Shown piece after piece: positions 37,746-48,192 of a stretch of DNA of 64,000 nt. The stretch's first letter is position 1, and each line of letters starts with the position of its first letter. Source of the stretch: Pseudomonas phage sp. 30-2; the sequence record LC727697.1, one strand, 5' to 3'. A program made the translations under genes and the position numbers. Below the pieces are notes generated by a model. The model saw only the letters and a program-made list of their open reading frames with translations. It did no database searches and was not told the origin of the DNA.

Positions 37746-38472
37746 ACGATGTTCCGGTTGTATAATTTATAATTTCGTTTTCTAAACGTTCCATTTCGGC
37801 AAATGCTTCTTGTTTTAACTGATCGCCGTTTAACGTAACACTACCGTTCGGTCCTGGTAAGCCATTAGTAAATTTACTACGTGCTTCACCTAACATATAT
37901 TTAGACTGGGCAATAGCATAATCTCTTAACCACGGTCTACTATATACATCAGTCAAAAGCACATCTTCAGATTTTGCTACCCACACAACTACCAATACTG
38001 TTTCGGCACCTTGGAATTTTCGCATGATAGTAAGTTTTCTATCTGCATAGTTCCATGTAAAGTTTATTTCAGATCCAAATATTCTTCCTAAGGTTTCTTG
38101 GTATTCGGAAAATAGATGCCATGTTGCTAGACCGCCAGTTCGACCTGCTTGTAAAAAGAATATATTCGAAAATGCAGATTCAAACGGATCAAAGTTAGTA
38201 CCGCCAGATGTTCCCGATCCAACAGATCTGCGATATAGTCGTCTTACTTCTTGAACTTCAGTAGGTAAAGTGTATTCAGTTTCATCTCTTTGCAGAGTTA
38301 TAAACAGCATACTTTCCATGCAAGCATTTTCGGCGCGCTGGCGGTATCTATCTATTGCAAAATCTATTGCTAAATCTAAATCTTCTGGGTCTAGTTCTAC
38401 ATCAGTCATACTATTTCCCAGTCTTCGCATTATTTGTTTCTTTATTTCTGTTCTTGCTGTACTTGTAGCCAT
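37720..38472 (-). CDS. putative neck/tail-completion structural protein (250 aa)
   Basis: Position next to gp1 and the sheath gene. No direct sequence match recalled. Confidence 0.3.
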   Translation of the reverse strand: MATSTARTEIKKQIMRRLGNSMTDVELDPEDLDLAIDFAIDRYRQRAENACMESMLFITLQRDETEYTLPTEVQEVRRLYRRSVGSGTSGGTNFDPFESAFSNIFFLQAGRTGGLATWHLFSEYQETLGRIFGSEINFTWNYADRKLTIMRKFQGAETVLVVVWVAKSEDVLLTDVYSRPWLRDYAIAQSKYMLGEARSKFTNGLPGPNGSVTLNGDQLKQEAFAEMERLENEIINYTTGTSFGMPFIIG

Positions 38473-38507
38473 TTTTATAAAGTGCCTCTATATATAGATA
38501 ACACTAT

Positions 38508-39668
38508 TTATTTTATAACCTCAAGAATGATACAATGCTCGTTTGTTCTTCCTTTTAGTTTAGTTTCGACAGATTTAGTATCTACAAATAATTTTTCTTT
38601 TGCCTTTTTAGAAATTTTCTTAATATTTTTAAAATATTCTTCTGGTTTACGAATAGTTTTTTCTATACTTTTTTCGGAAAAATTAGTTATAGTAGTTCCT
38701 TTTATTGATAGACCTGTAGTGTCTAAAGCAATATATTTTCCTAACTTTCTACTTTTTGTATTAAACACCCATACTTCTTTTGCACCAACAATATGGACAG
38801 GATTAATACTTTCTAAGTTAAGATCTGTGCTTTTTTCTAAATATTTAAATGATTTAACTAATTTAGAAATATCCAATGGCTTTTGTTTTTTAGCTCGTTT
38901 TTTAACAGTAACTATTTTACTACTAGACGCAGTTTCTATAATTAAATTAAATAGCTTTATGGCTTTGTTTATATCCCGTTTAGTTAAAAAATTATAACCT
39001 TCGTTTAACTGTTCGGATTTTCCTGCCGAAAGCTCCTCTAATTCTTTTTTATTGGTGCTATATATTTCGGTAATATATTTTACATGATGGGATTTTATTT
39101 CTGATTTTTTAAATAAGGATTCTATTTCTTGTTGGGATACTACAAACTCACTAGGATTACTATAAAATTGATCTATTAATCCTTCAATTTCTCCGCAAGC
39201 TTTATATGCCTGGCTCTTAATTCTATCCTGTATACTTATTTTTTTAACTTTGCAGCTATCATGCTCTATTTTAGGTTCTGGTTCTTCGACAATTTCTGTA
39301 ATTTCTTCTTTTTTGATAGATTGAAATATCTTTTCTATGTGTGATTCGACGAAATTAGCATGACTAGGAAGTTGTCCGCCGGCATTTAGTATAGTACAAT
39401 ATTTTCCGATAATAGAAAAATCAGAATCACTCAACGAAGATAAATCTTTTACATCATAAGATGTATTATTTTTAATCCATTTTAGTGTTGCAGATTTAAG
39501 AGTAGCAGCAGATGCTTCATAATGCAAATACCAAATTGCATTCCTATAATCCTTAGTATATGTCTTAGAATCTAATTTTAAAAGAGAATAATCTGGAACT
39601 TTAAAAATATGTTTCGTTTTTGCCACAATAACACTCCTTGTTATGCATATTGTATATTCCAAATACAA
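38508..39668 (-). CDS. hypothetical protein (386 aa)
   Basis: Complete ORF. Confidence 0.4.
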   Translation of the reverse strand: MYLEYTICITRSVIVAKTKHIFKVPDYSLLKLDSKTYTKDYRNAIWYLHYEASAATLKSATLKWIKNNTSYDVKDLSSLSDSDFSIIGKYCTILNAGGQLPSHANFVESHIEKIFQSIKKEEITEIVEEPEPKIEHDSCKVKKISIQDRIKSQAYKACGEIEGLIDQFYSNPSEFVVSQQEIESLFKKSEIKSHHVKYITEIYSTNKKELEELSAGKSEQLNEGYNFLTKRDINKAIKLFNLIIETASSSKIVTVKKRAKKQKPLDISKLVKSFKYLEKSTDLNLESINPVHIVGAKEVWVFNTKSRKLGKYIALDTTGLSIKGTTITNFSEKSIEKTIRKPEEYFKNIKKISKKAKEKLFVDTKSVETKLKGRTNEHCIILEVIK

Positions 39669-39823
39669 TATCTGTCAATATATTATACATAAAAAATCAG
39701 GACTATTCCTAGTCCTGTGTTTTTGTTTCCTAGAGTATTTTGTCTTGTCTTTTTCTACTTTAGGTTTGTTAAATGTGTTTACATGATGTGCAACTGGATT
39801 GCGTTCGATTGGGTTTTTCTTTT

Positions 39824-40015
39824 TCATAATCCTATACCTGTACCTATACCCGGTGTTCTAGAAATGTTTCCTGTAAGTGGAATACTGTCGTTCGCTACAT
39901 TGCTTTTGTTTGTATCGATGGTGTTTTTAGGCTCATTAAATGTTGTCGGTTTACAAATAAACACAACTAATATGGCAAATATTACTATAAACATAGAGGC
40001 ATAATCGCTATTCAT
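39824..40015 (-). CDS. small hypothetical membrane protein (63 aa)
   Basis: Hydrophobic segment FIVIFAILVVFICK. Confidence 0.25.
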   Translation of the reverse strand: MNSDYASMFIVIFAILVVFICKPTTFNEPKNTIDTNKSNVANDSIPLTGNISRTPGIGTGIGL

Positions 40016-40043
40016 ATACTTTACTCCTGTATATATAAAAATA

Positions 40044-40062
40044 GGAGACGTTTTAAGTCTCC
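40044..40062. terminator. terminator hairpin
   Basis: GGAGAC-GTTTTAA-GTCTCC, with a T-run on the minus strand. Confidence 0.45.
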
Positions 40063-40151
40063 TAGCTGCTTATGCTTTTGTGGTAGCGAATCACTAAGCT
40101 CCGATACAGCACCGGTGCGCCTTAAGCCAAAACATTTGGCGGTCCTAAGGG

Positions 40152-40448
40152 CTAATTCTGTTTACAATAATGAAGTAACCGTTCTATAGCGTATTTAGTA
40201 GTACAATTATATTTAGTTACATACCACACTATAAAATCTTTATTACTTCCACCCTGTTCTATAGGGTTATTAAAAAATTCAGTATCACCTATAAGAGCTT
40301 CCATAATAGATTCTGCTTTTGTCTTTTTAGATTCAATATCTATTAAAGCCATTTGAGATACTATCCAATCTATAGCATCGGGGTATTTATTTATGTTTTC
40401 ATCAATTAGCTTAGAAAGTTGTTCCTTAAAAGATAAATGAATGTTCAT
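40152..40448 (-). CDS. hypothetical protein (98 aa)
   Basis: Complete ORF. Confidence 0.35.
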   Translation of the reverse strand: MNIHLSFKEQLSKLIDENINKYPDAIDWIVSQMALIDIESKKTKAESIMEALIGDTEFFNNPIEQGGSNKDFIVWYVTKYNCTTKYAIERLLHYCKQN

Positions 40449-40595
40449 TATTTTATCCCTTACTATAATAAAGCAATTATACAGTGTTTACAGTTGCTTG
40501 TCTAGGCTATTTTTATGGGGTTTTTGTGCTATAAAATGCAACAAAAGCCAAATAGCATAGCGTTACATAGCTTTTTATATATGCAGCAAAATTTA

Positions 40596-42617
40596 TTATT
40601 TTTTGCTATTCTGCAATCCCCTAACTATTAGCAGAGATTCTGGGTCAGGATCTCTACCCATTAATGTTCTATACATTACATCAAAGTCATTAATAGAACC
40701 TGCATATAGAATATCTTTTTTAATTTTATTAGCAAATTCTATATTATACATTCCTTTATTTTTAAATTCTAAATAAACATCACTTGACATAATTTCTGCC
40801 CACAAATAGCTATAATAACCTGCTGTATATCCTCCGGAAAATATATGAGAAAACGAATATAAAAACAAATGCATAAACGGATTATCTTCTGTGTTTAATT
40901 TTAAATCTTTTGCTACTTCATTAAAAATTTCTATACAATCTTTATCTGTCTTTGCATTGCTATTAAAAATTTTCATATCTACTAATGAATATAATAACTG
41001 TGTTCTTAACGAAGACGCAGCCATATAATTATCTATAGCCAACCAGTTATCAATTATATATTCTGGAATTTTTTCTTTTGTAGAATAATGAGACGACATT
41101 TCAATTAAAAGCTCTTTATCATTAATCCAATTTTCCAATAATTGGCTCGGCAATTCTACTGCATCCCATTCTACAGAAATTCCATTATAATTAGGAAATT
41201 CTATTTTAGTAAGTACATGGTGTAATGCATGACCAAATTCATGCAAGAGTGTACGTACATCATCTAACGTAATAGATGTTTTTGACAGATTAGTCACTAT
41301 TACTGCAACCGGTAGAGTAGTATTATAAGCAAAATCCCTTTTAATAATACCATTCATCCATGCCCCGGATTGTTTTCCGTTCCTAGAAAACGGATCTATA
41401 AAAATATATGCAATATGCTTGCTATCTTCGAATACCTTATAGCATTTAACATCTTCATGCCACACAGATGCATTAGGGTCTTCTACAAATGTAACATCAA
41501 AAAGTTTTTTTATAACACCATATATACAAGGAAGAACACCGGCATATGTATAATACTCTTCTATAACCTTTTTGTCTAAATTATATTCTTCTTTTAATCT
41601 CATAGTAGAATAATAATTTCTGTCAGCGGCGCGGACAGAAGGTCGTTGGTATCCTTTAGATTTAGCGAAAGTTAAAAGTTCTTTTTCTTCTTCTAATGCT
41701 TTATCTACTACTAAGTCTTTCAATTTATTTAATACAGAAAATACATTATCGGGTGTTTTTGCCATTTTATGCTTTAATGATTTTTCTGCAAACGTACTAA
41801 ACCCAAACAATTTTGCTATTTCGGATTTAATAGATACAATATCTGTTATATTAGTTGTATTGCTATATTCGCCGTTACTAGCTACATAAAAAGCTTCTAA
41901 CATTGTTTTTCTAGTATACTCGTACGAACAATATTGCATTATAGCTGTGTAGATGTAGTGTTCAGTTGTAGCTACATATCCAGATTCATGACCGTCTGCC
42001 CTTGCATTCTCCCGCATTATATCTTTTATGTTATCTGGTATACCTTCAACTTGGAAATCGTGTTCAAAGTAATACCTGTTTTTTGCAGTATGTTTTATTA
42101 TATTATTAGAAAAATTCTGCTGTGCTTTATTAAGTTTTGAATATAAAGATGATAGGTATATTTTTGTATCATGCGAGAAATTAATATCAGATTCTTCTTC
42201 GTAATATTCTATGGCATCAATCACATATTTTTGTTCATAATATTTTAGACTTGAAAAATACGATTCATTATTTTTTATATTTTTATATGCATTGTATTCT
42301 CTTTCAGAATATGCGATTCTAGAATTATTATAGTATTCTGTGCAAATAGTATCACACTCATCTGCAATATTTTCTAACTCAGTAGTAGAGCAGGTATTCA
42401 ATAGATTATGCAAAATGCTATTAATAAATGCTAATCGACTGGCATCTTCGGATACTACCAAATCATTAAACAAAATAGTTTCTTTTTGAAGTGTTACGCC
42501 TGTGTTATAAAATAATCTAGTTGTTAATTCTTTTATTGCAGGAACAAAATCGTGTATATCTAGTTTAGTATAATCTACATTAGAATTGACAGGTACAGTT
42601 AACAAATAATTTTTCAT
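40596..42617 (-). CDS. M3-family zinc metallo-oligopeptidase (oligopeptidase A / Dcp-like)
   Basis: [41 protein letters not shown] vs E. coli OpdA LFHEFGHTLHGMLTRIE...[20 protein letters not shown]. 673 aa vs ~680 aa. Confidence 0.85.
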   Translation of the reverse strand: [673 protein letters not shown]

Positions 42618-42660
42618 ATTTTATACCATTAAAGGATAGTAACATATTTTATAATAAAAT

Positions 42661-42687
42661 AAAAAGGGATGCATTGCATCCCTTTTT
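42661..42687. terminator. terminator hairpin
   Basis: AAAAAGGGATGCA-TTGCATCCCTTTTT. Confidence 0.55.
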
Positions 42688-42700
42688 ATGTACAGTTTTA

Positions 42701-43444
42701 TTAACTGTGAACTGGCTTGTTAGATGCAATATCTTCAAACGCATCTTCTAACGACAGCTCAGATATTACTTCGTATTTACAAGTACGCATTTTAGAAAAA
42801 TTATAATCCTTAGGAACAGACACCACATCTTTAGGATTTACTTTTACTAATATTACCTTTTCACCACTAAAATGTTGTAGATATTCTCGCGAACATACAT
42901 GCAATCCAGGAGCGCAAGTAATATTGCTGTTATCTTGTACTTCATTTCTTGGCATAGAAACAACTTTACCTACGCTGTTATCTATTGTGCCAGTTCTTAC
43001 ATCAGTATAATCTTCACGAATTCGTTTGTATGCTAAAAAGAATCCGTCAGTAGTAATAGGAAGATTATTTGTTTCTAAGAAATCATACAAACCATTAACC
43101 GCAGTAAAACTAGGATTTTCCATTAAATTTACAAGGAAATTAATCATAGGGTCTACTGGAAAACCGTCAGAATGCATTTGCATAATCCGTTTAGTTAAGG
43201 AATTATGAATTACCTGACCATTATACTCAAACCGACCGCGGACTACTTTAATTTTACCATTCAGGAATTCAGAAATATGATTTTTAACATCAATTAATTT
43301 CTTTAATTCATCCCACTGTTCGGCTTTTATAAATTTAATTGCTTTTTTATATTTTTTATCAGATTCCCTTATGATATACGGAGTATCAGTTAATACCACC
43401 GTTACACTATCTTTTCTAATAATATATGGAATTGCATTAGTCAT
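42701..43444 (-). CDS. rIIB: rIIB-like protein
   Basis: GKVVSMPRNEVQDNSNITCAPGLHVCSREYLQHF...KVNPKDVVSVPKDYNFSKMRTCKYEV vs T4 rIIB GKVVKMPRTRVNDDDTQTCSRGLHVCSKSYIRHF...KVHPRDVVSIPIDYNDAKMRTCQYEV. Confidence 0.85.
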   Translation of the reverse strand: MTNAIPYIIRKDSVTVVLTDTPYIIRESDKKYKKAIKFIKAEQWDELKKLIDVKNHISEFLNGKIKVVRGRFEYNGQVIHNSLTKRIMQMHSDGFPVDPMINFLVNLMENPSFTAVNGLYDFLETNNLPITTDGFFLAYKRIREDYTDVRTGTIDNSVGKVVSMPRNEVQDNSNITCAPGLHVCSREYLQHFSGEKVILVKVNPKDVVSVPKDYNFSKMRTCKYEVISELSLEDAFEDIASNKPVHS

Positions 43445-45689
43445 TTTTAGATTCTCCGTTGTTATCTATCATATTCATATAATTCACTACGTGTATTATA
43501 CCTACTTTACTTAAATTGACGTGTTCAATAAGCGGATACTTAGATAGAATATTTTCGTACCGGCTGGCGCGTTTATGTATTATTTTTAATTGATTATCTA
43601 GTTTTTCTGTATCTAAATGTCGTATGATATTTTTAATCGACGACTCACTAATCGGTTTATAAGTATTTTTGTATTTTTCATATTCTTTTATTTCAGTATT
43701 TGTTAATGAGTCCTTTAAGTTTGCAGAATTTATATAATAAAGCAATTTGTCTACATCGGAATAAGTAGAATCTGGTCTACACTGTTTTATAACATCCTTA
43801 ACATTATTATACATTTCATCTATTACATGATCAGTAATAGGAATAAAATGTTTATTTTTCTTGACTTGTTCTAAGGTTATCTTTCTTACCCCGTATATCG
43901 GTTTAGAATGATATAATGTAAGTGCAGTAATATCCGAATCAGGCAAATCAGTAGTCATATTCCATCCAGAAAATTCTACATAATAGCAATCATCCTTTAT
44001 ATCAGACAGCTTTACTATCGATTCTTTCCATATATTAAAACTTCTGCATAACAAAATACATTCTTCATCTTCTTTTTTGATTCTGTTATTTTGCTTAGGA
44101 ATAACAGGAATATTTAGATCAGACGAAAATATAATTTGCGATTTAGAAATATAATATTTTCTTGCGAAATTATATATATCGTTTCTTTTTATTTTTCCAT
44201 TTTTATTTTTACAAATTATAACTTTACACCGTGCTCTGTAAATATTCGATATATAGTCTCTTATTGCTCTTGTCGATGTATTATCATCTATTATAAAATA
44301 TTTTACAGTATTACTATCGTCAATTGCTATATTATCAGAAATATATGTTATACCTTCGTATGAGGCACTGGAAGTATAATTTCTATATCTTTTTATTTCA
44401 CCTGTACTTAGATGTTTATAGTATGTAACTAAAAATCTTGCCTTCCTAAAAATACCATAATCCAGTGTATAACAGTTAACATTGGTAAACAATGCTTTTA
44501 CTTCAGATATCGGTATATATACTTGACCTATCTCTACAGAATCCGAAATATTGGCATATATGATATTGGTTAATGTTTTTATATCAGGAACAAATATATT
44601 AAATGATTTCTGTTTATAATCATATAACACTTTTGTTTTCGTTACTGCGTCTATATTCGAATTTATATCATCTGTGATAGCTTTAGTAAAGGAACATACG
44701 AAATCAATTAATGCAGTAGATAAATTTTTCTGAGTTAACGGAATATAAGATAATTCTTCCCTAGATGCAGATACATCTAATTCTCCTATACTAAAATCTA
44801 TTACAACAAAATATGAATAAAAGTTTCTATTATCTAATTTACGGACATAGCTATCATCAAGATATTCTTCGGATATAGATTCTATATCAATTGGATATAA
44901 TACTCCGCCTTGTCTTGCGTATAGTTTATGTGATTCGTTAGTGCCTTTATATATTGTAGCTCTGTTTGTTACAGATAGAAAAACTTCTGGGGTTTTTAAT
45001 ACATGGTGGCCATTTACTTCTACTGGCAACACATTCATCCACGAATATACATCTACACAGTTTTTATCAAAAATTTTGTAATCAGCCCGATTTGATACAG
45101 GAATCTTTACTTCAACTCCGTTGGGCTCATTTGTTTTCATTTCGCTTAGCATAAGCATATCCGGAACACCGGATTCACTTATAAATGCAGCGAAAGTTCT
45201 TGTTATTCCATCTTTTGTAGAAATTATAGAAAAATTATCTACATAGGAAAACGGTGACTTTGATCCGAGCCCAAAAGCACCAATAAAATCATTTGATTGT
45301 GTTTTTGTAGAATCAAAATAAGTAGTATAAATATTCATTACTTCGTTGTAATCTAAACCTACACCGAAGTCTTTTATGCTAAAAAACGGCTCTAAATCAG
45401 TAGGAACATGATATTCAAAAGGAACATCACATTTATTTGCTGCAACATGACTATCTCGTGCATTACACCCAATTTCTCTTACAATTGCACGAATTTTATC
45501 TTTATATAACCCGTTAGATAGAATAGAAAAGGCTTTCGGACTATTTTTAATAGTGAAAGATTTTCCACCTACCATGTTTGTAGATTCTATTGTTACAGAA
45601 TTATCCGATTCTAATTTCACGCTACACTCCCAAACTGAATTATACGTGTTTATTTGCAATATTTTAAAATATTCAATGTATTTCGTCAA
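43437..45689 (-). CDS. rIIA: rIIA-like protein (GHKL ATPase fold)
   Basis: FSILSNGLYKDKIRAIVREI...DFGVG...NDFIGAFGLGSKSPFSY vs T4 rIIA [20 protein letters not shown]...DFGPG...NDFIGGFGLGSKSPFSY. Bergerat N, G1 and G2 boxes present. Confidence 0.85.
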   Translation of the reverse strand: MTKYIEYFKILQINTYNSVWECSVKLESDNSVTIESTNMVGGKSFTIKNSPKAFSILSNGLYKDKIRAIVREIGCNARDSHVAANKCDVPFEYHVPTDLEPFFSIKDFGVGLDYNEVMNIYTTYFDSTKTQSNDFIGAFGLGSKSPFSYVDNFSIISTKDGITRTFAAFISESGVPDMLMLSEMKTNEPNGVEVKIPVSNRADYKIFDKNCVDVYSWMNVLPVEVNGHHVLKTPEVFLSVTNRATIYKGTNESHKLYARQGGVLYPIDIESISEEYLDDSYVRKLDNRNFYSYFVVIDFSIGELDVSASREELSYIPLTQKNLSTALIDFVCSFTKAITDDINSNIDAVTKTKVLYDYKQKSFNIFVPDIKTLTNIIYANISDSVEIGQVYIPISEVKALFTNVNCYTLDYGIFRKARFLVTYYKHLSTGEIKRYRNYTSSASYEGITYISDNIAIDDSNTVKYFIIDDNTSTRAIRDYISNIYRARCKVIICKNKNGKIKRNDIYNFARKYYISKSQIIFSSDLNIPVIPKQNNRIKKEDEECILLCRSFNIWKESIVKLSDIKDDCYYVEFSGWNMTTDLPDSDITALTLYHSKPIYGVRKITLEQVKKNKHFIPITDHVIDEMYNNVKDVIKQCRPDSTYSDVDKLLYYINSANLKDSLTNTEIKEYEKYKNTYKPISESSIKNIIRHLDTEKLDNQLKIIHKRASRYENILSKYPLIEHVNLSKVGIIHVVNYMNMIDNNGESKND

Positions 45690-45731
45690 ATGTATTAGCA
45701 GATAAATATTAAATAAACTTAGGAGAAGATT

Positions 45732-46160
45732 ATGATATTTCTTAATAAAGTAAAATTTTTTGCCAAAGTTCCTTATGAACCTGCAGGAAAAGCAACAATA
45801 TTATCCCAAATCAGCAATAGAAAATTTAATGTAGAGGTAGGTAAATGCACCGGAAGATGTGTGTTAACTAATCAAACCGATCCTTCGCTCTTAAAGGAGT
45901 TTGAAATTTGCGGCTTAGTAGAAATAGATGGTGTAGTATATCCTACTTTAAAAATCGAAGAAGTAAGAGTAGTTGTATACGATGGTCCTGCACATTTTAA
46001 AGAATTTGAATGGGATGCATGTAAAGATTTTTCTAAAATAGAAGAGAAACCGACAAATAAAGCAATTGTTTCTAATGAAACTACATTTAATAACGAATCC
46101 AAAACAGAACATACAGCAGACGAAATAAAACCTGTAGCATCTAAGAAAAGAAAGAAATAA
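45732..46160 (+). CDS. hypothetical protein (142 aa)
   Basis: Complete plus-strand ORF with a Lys-rich C-terminus. Confidence 0.35.
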   Translation: MIFLNKVKFFAKVPYEPAGKATILSQISNRKFNVEVGKCTGRCVLTNQTDPSLLKEFEICGLVEIDGVVYPTLKIEEVRVVVYDGPAHFKEFEWDACKDFSKIEEKPTNKAIVSNETTFNNESKTEHTADEIKPVASKKRKK

Positions 46161-46162
46161 TA

Positions 46163-46450
46163 TTATCTATTATTTCTAAATATAGAAATAATAGTAGATT
46201 CTATTAATCTTCTTGCATTTCCCCTAAAGGTAGATTTAATTTGTTCGCCATACATTTTATATGTGTCGTGGGGTTTTGCAGGAAATTCATCGGTATTTAA
46301 TACATATCGGTTTGCAATGTTTCTGCTTATTGTTTCTGGTGTTTCTACTGTTACATAACGAGTTGCATTATTGACTATATTGTTTTCGTATGGATTAGAA
46401 CTGCAACCATATAAAACACACAATGGTATCAATAATGCAACTCGTTTCAT
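46163..46450 (-). CDS. small lipoprotein (95 aa)
   Basis: Signal peptide plus lipobox LIPLCVLYGCSS. Confidence 0.5.
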   Translation of the reverse strand: MKRVALLIPLCVLYGCSSNPYENNIVNNATRYVTVETPETISRNIANRYVLNTDEFPAKPHDTYKMYGEQIKSTFRGNARRLIESTIISIFRNNR

Positions 46451-46609
46451 TTTAGAAGTTCCTCAATTTCTTTTTTAGAAATAGGTGTTCCATCTTTATA
46501 ATACTGGTCTCCTATTAATGTAAAAATACCAATATTAGTCTTTAAGTACCAGCCAGAAAATTCTAGTATGGTTATATTAATGCTCTTCTTTTCTATCAAT
46601 TCTTTTATA

Positions 46610-47140
46610 TCAGTTAAACTGCTCATTAATAAACTCTTCCAATTCTGCTAGTTCCAATAAAGAATCTTTAATTACTAAAACATCTGAATCTACTCTGTGT
46701 TGTTGAGTTAATTTATAATTCTTTCTCTTAAATTCTAAAAATTTTTCATTATAAAACCGTTTCGGATACTGCGGCATTAGATTGTTAGTATCTAATACTC
46801 TAAAATTCTGCCCGCAGTTTCCTGCAGAAAATAATGCACGCAACCACTTATTATCATTTTGTGCGCAATCAGAATATACAGTCTTTCCGCATAACGACTC
46901 ATTTAACCATGTGCAAGCATTCCTGACACTTATTCCGTGCGAGCTAAGCATATTCTTAGAAATTTTATGGACTTTTCTTTCTGCTCTATAGTCCCAAGAT
47001 AACCAAGAATGGTGTCTTCTTATTAAATTAGATTCTATTTTGCCCGAACTAGTTATAAATCCAATCTCTATAGGATACGATCCACTAGCTTCCACATCGA
47101 TAATTATTATATCTTTTAACTTACTATATATGCTAGACAT
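46610..47140 (-). CDS. DEDD-family 3'-5' exonuclease (DnaQ-like)
   Basis: Exo I motif IIIDVEASG. Confidence 0.5.
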   Translation of the reverse strand: MSSIYSKLKDIIIIDVEASGSYPIEIGFITSSGKIESNLIRRHHSWLSWDYRAERKVHKISKNMLSSHGISVRNACTWLNESLCGKTVYSDCAQNDNKWLRALFSAGNCGQNFRVLDTNNLMPQYPKRFYNEKFLEFKRKNYKLTQQHRVDSDVLVIKDSLLELAELEEFINEQFN

Positions 47141-47290
47141 ATAATAACCAAATATCTATATAAATTTTAAAGAAATTTTTACAAAATGTTTCTAACAAGA
47201 CCTTTATGTTTATTGAATTAGAAAATTTTTAAAATTTAACCGATAAAACGAAGTATTACATCTTTACACAAAAACATACAATAGTTTTAT

Positions 47291-47578
47291 TTACATATTC
47301 CTTGCTGCATCTAATGCACAATGAAACTGAGTATATCCCCCCACATGTTGATTATCGATAAAAATTTGAGGAACAGATTTCGGTCTAGTTCCTATGCGAT
47401 TAGTTAATTCTGTTATTAATTCCGGTCCGGTTTCTTGATCACTAACATCGTAATAATGGTATTCTAATCCCCTCATTTCACATAACTGAACTGCATTTTT
47501 ACAATGCGGACAATTTTCTTTACCGTAAATTTCTACTTTCATATTTTTATTCCTTAAATTTTTTACATAGTAAAACAC
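47291..47578 (-). CDS. glutaredoxin (NrdH/NrdC-like)
   Basis: Redox motif CPHC near the N-terminus. Thioredoxin-fold signatures TRPKSVPQIFI and GGYT. Confidence 0.75.
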   Translation of the reverse strand: MFYYVKNLRNKNMKVEIYGKENCPHCKNAVQLCEMRGLEYHYYDVSDQETGPELITELTNRIGTRPKSVPQIFIDNQHVGGYTQFHCALDAARNM

Positions 47579-47613
47579 AATTAAAATATAACGTCAATAG
47601 TTATATATGATTA

Positions 47614-48177
47614 TTAAATAAGCCTATTATCTAGCAATAATTCTTTTATATCGTCATCAATTGTTATAGTAGTAGAATTGTTTAACGATAAAATCTTTTC
47701 ATCAATTTCGTCTAAACGTGCTTTTAATGAATTTTTTTCTAATAAGTATTTTGATTTTAAATTAGAATTTATAATAGAAACAGGAACTACAGTAGTTTTC
47801 TTACCCATAGATTCATTGAGTTTTCGTTCTGCTTCTATTATATCACATGCAATACAATCTTCTACAGTATCATTAAGTAACATAGTTTGCAGAAGAACTA
47901 TTTGTTCTTTTATGTGCTCTCTCTGGGTAATAAGATTATCGATGCCTACGTTGTGATTATTTTTACCAATTAGTTCTCTTATTTTAAATCTAGCAGATAT
48001 TAGTTTTCTTTTATTTTCTAATTCAGTTTCAAATTTTACCCTAGATACATGTAGTGTTTCTATGATTTGTTCACTATTAGAATTTACCCTAATCTGTGCT
48101 TTATAATTTGCAGATTCATTTAAAAAATTCTTTAATTTAATTTCTAATTTTCTAGCGCGGCGCAAGGAAATATTCAT
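47614..48177 (-). CDS. hypothetical protein (187 aa)
   Basis: Complete ORF. Confidence 0.35.
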   Translation of the reverse strand: MNISLRRARKLEIKLKNFLNESANYKAQIRVNSNSEQIIETLHVSRVKFETELENKRKLISARFKIRELIGKNNHNVGIDNLITQREHIKEQIVLLQTMLLNDTVEDCIACDIIEAERKLNESMGKKTTVVPVSIINSNLKSKYLLEKNSLKARLDEIDEKILSLNNSTTITIDDDIKELLLDNRLI

Positions 48178-48192
48178 GTTTTACCCCTATTA

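Noticed and set aside
40016-40151. tRNA genes in the GC-richer intergenic islands (40016..40151 and 52290..52570)
   Set aside because: No GTTCRANYC-type T-loop, no acceptor/D-arm cloverleaf pairing found by eye, and the island lengths do not fit 72-90-nt tRNAs. Only a computational scan (tRNAscan-SE/Infernal) could finally exclude atypical tRNAs.
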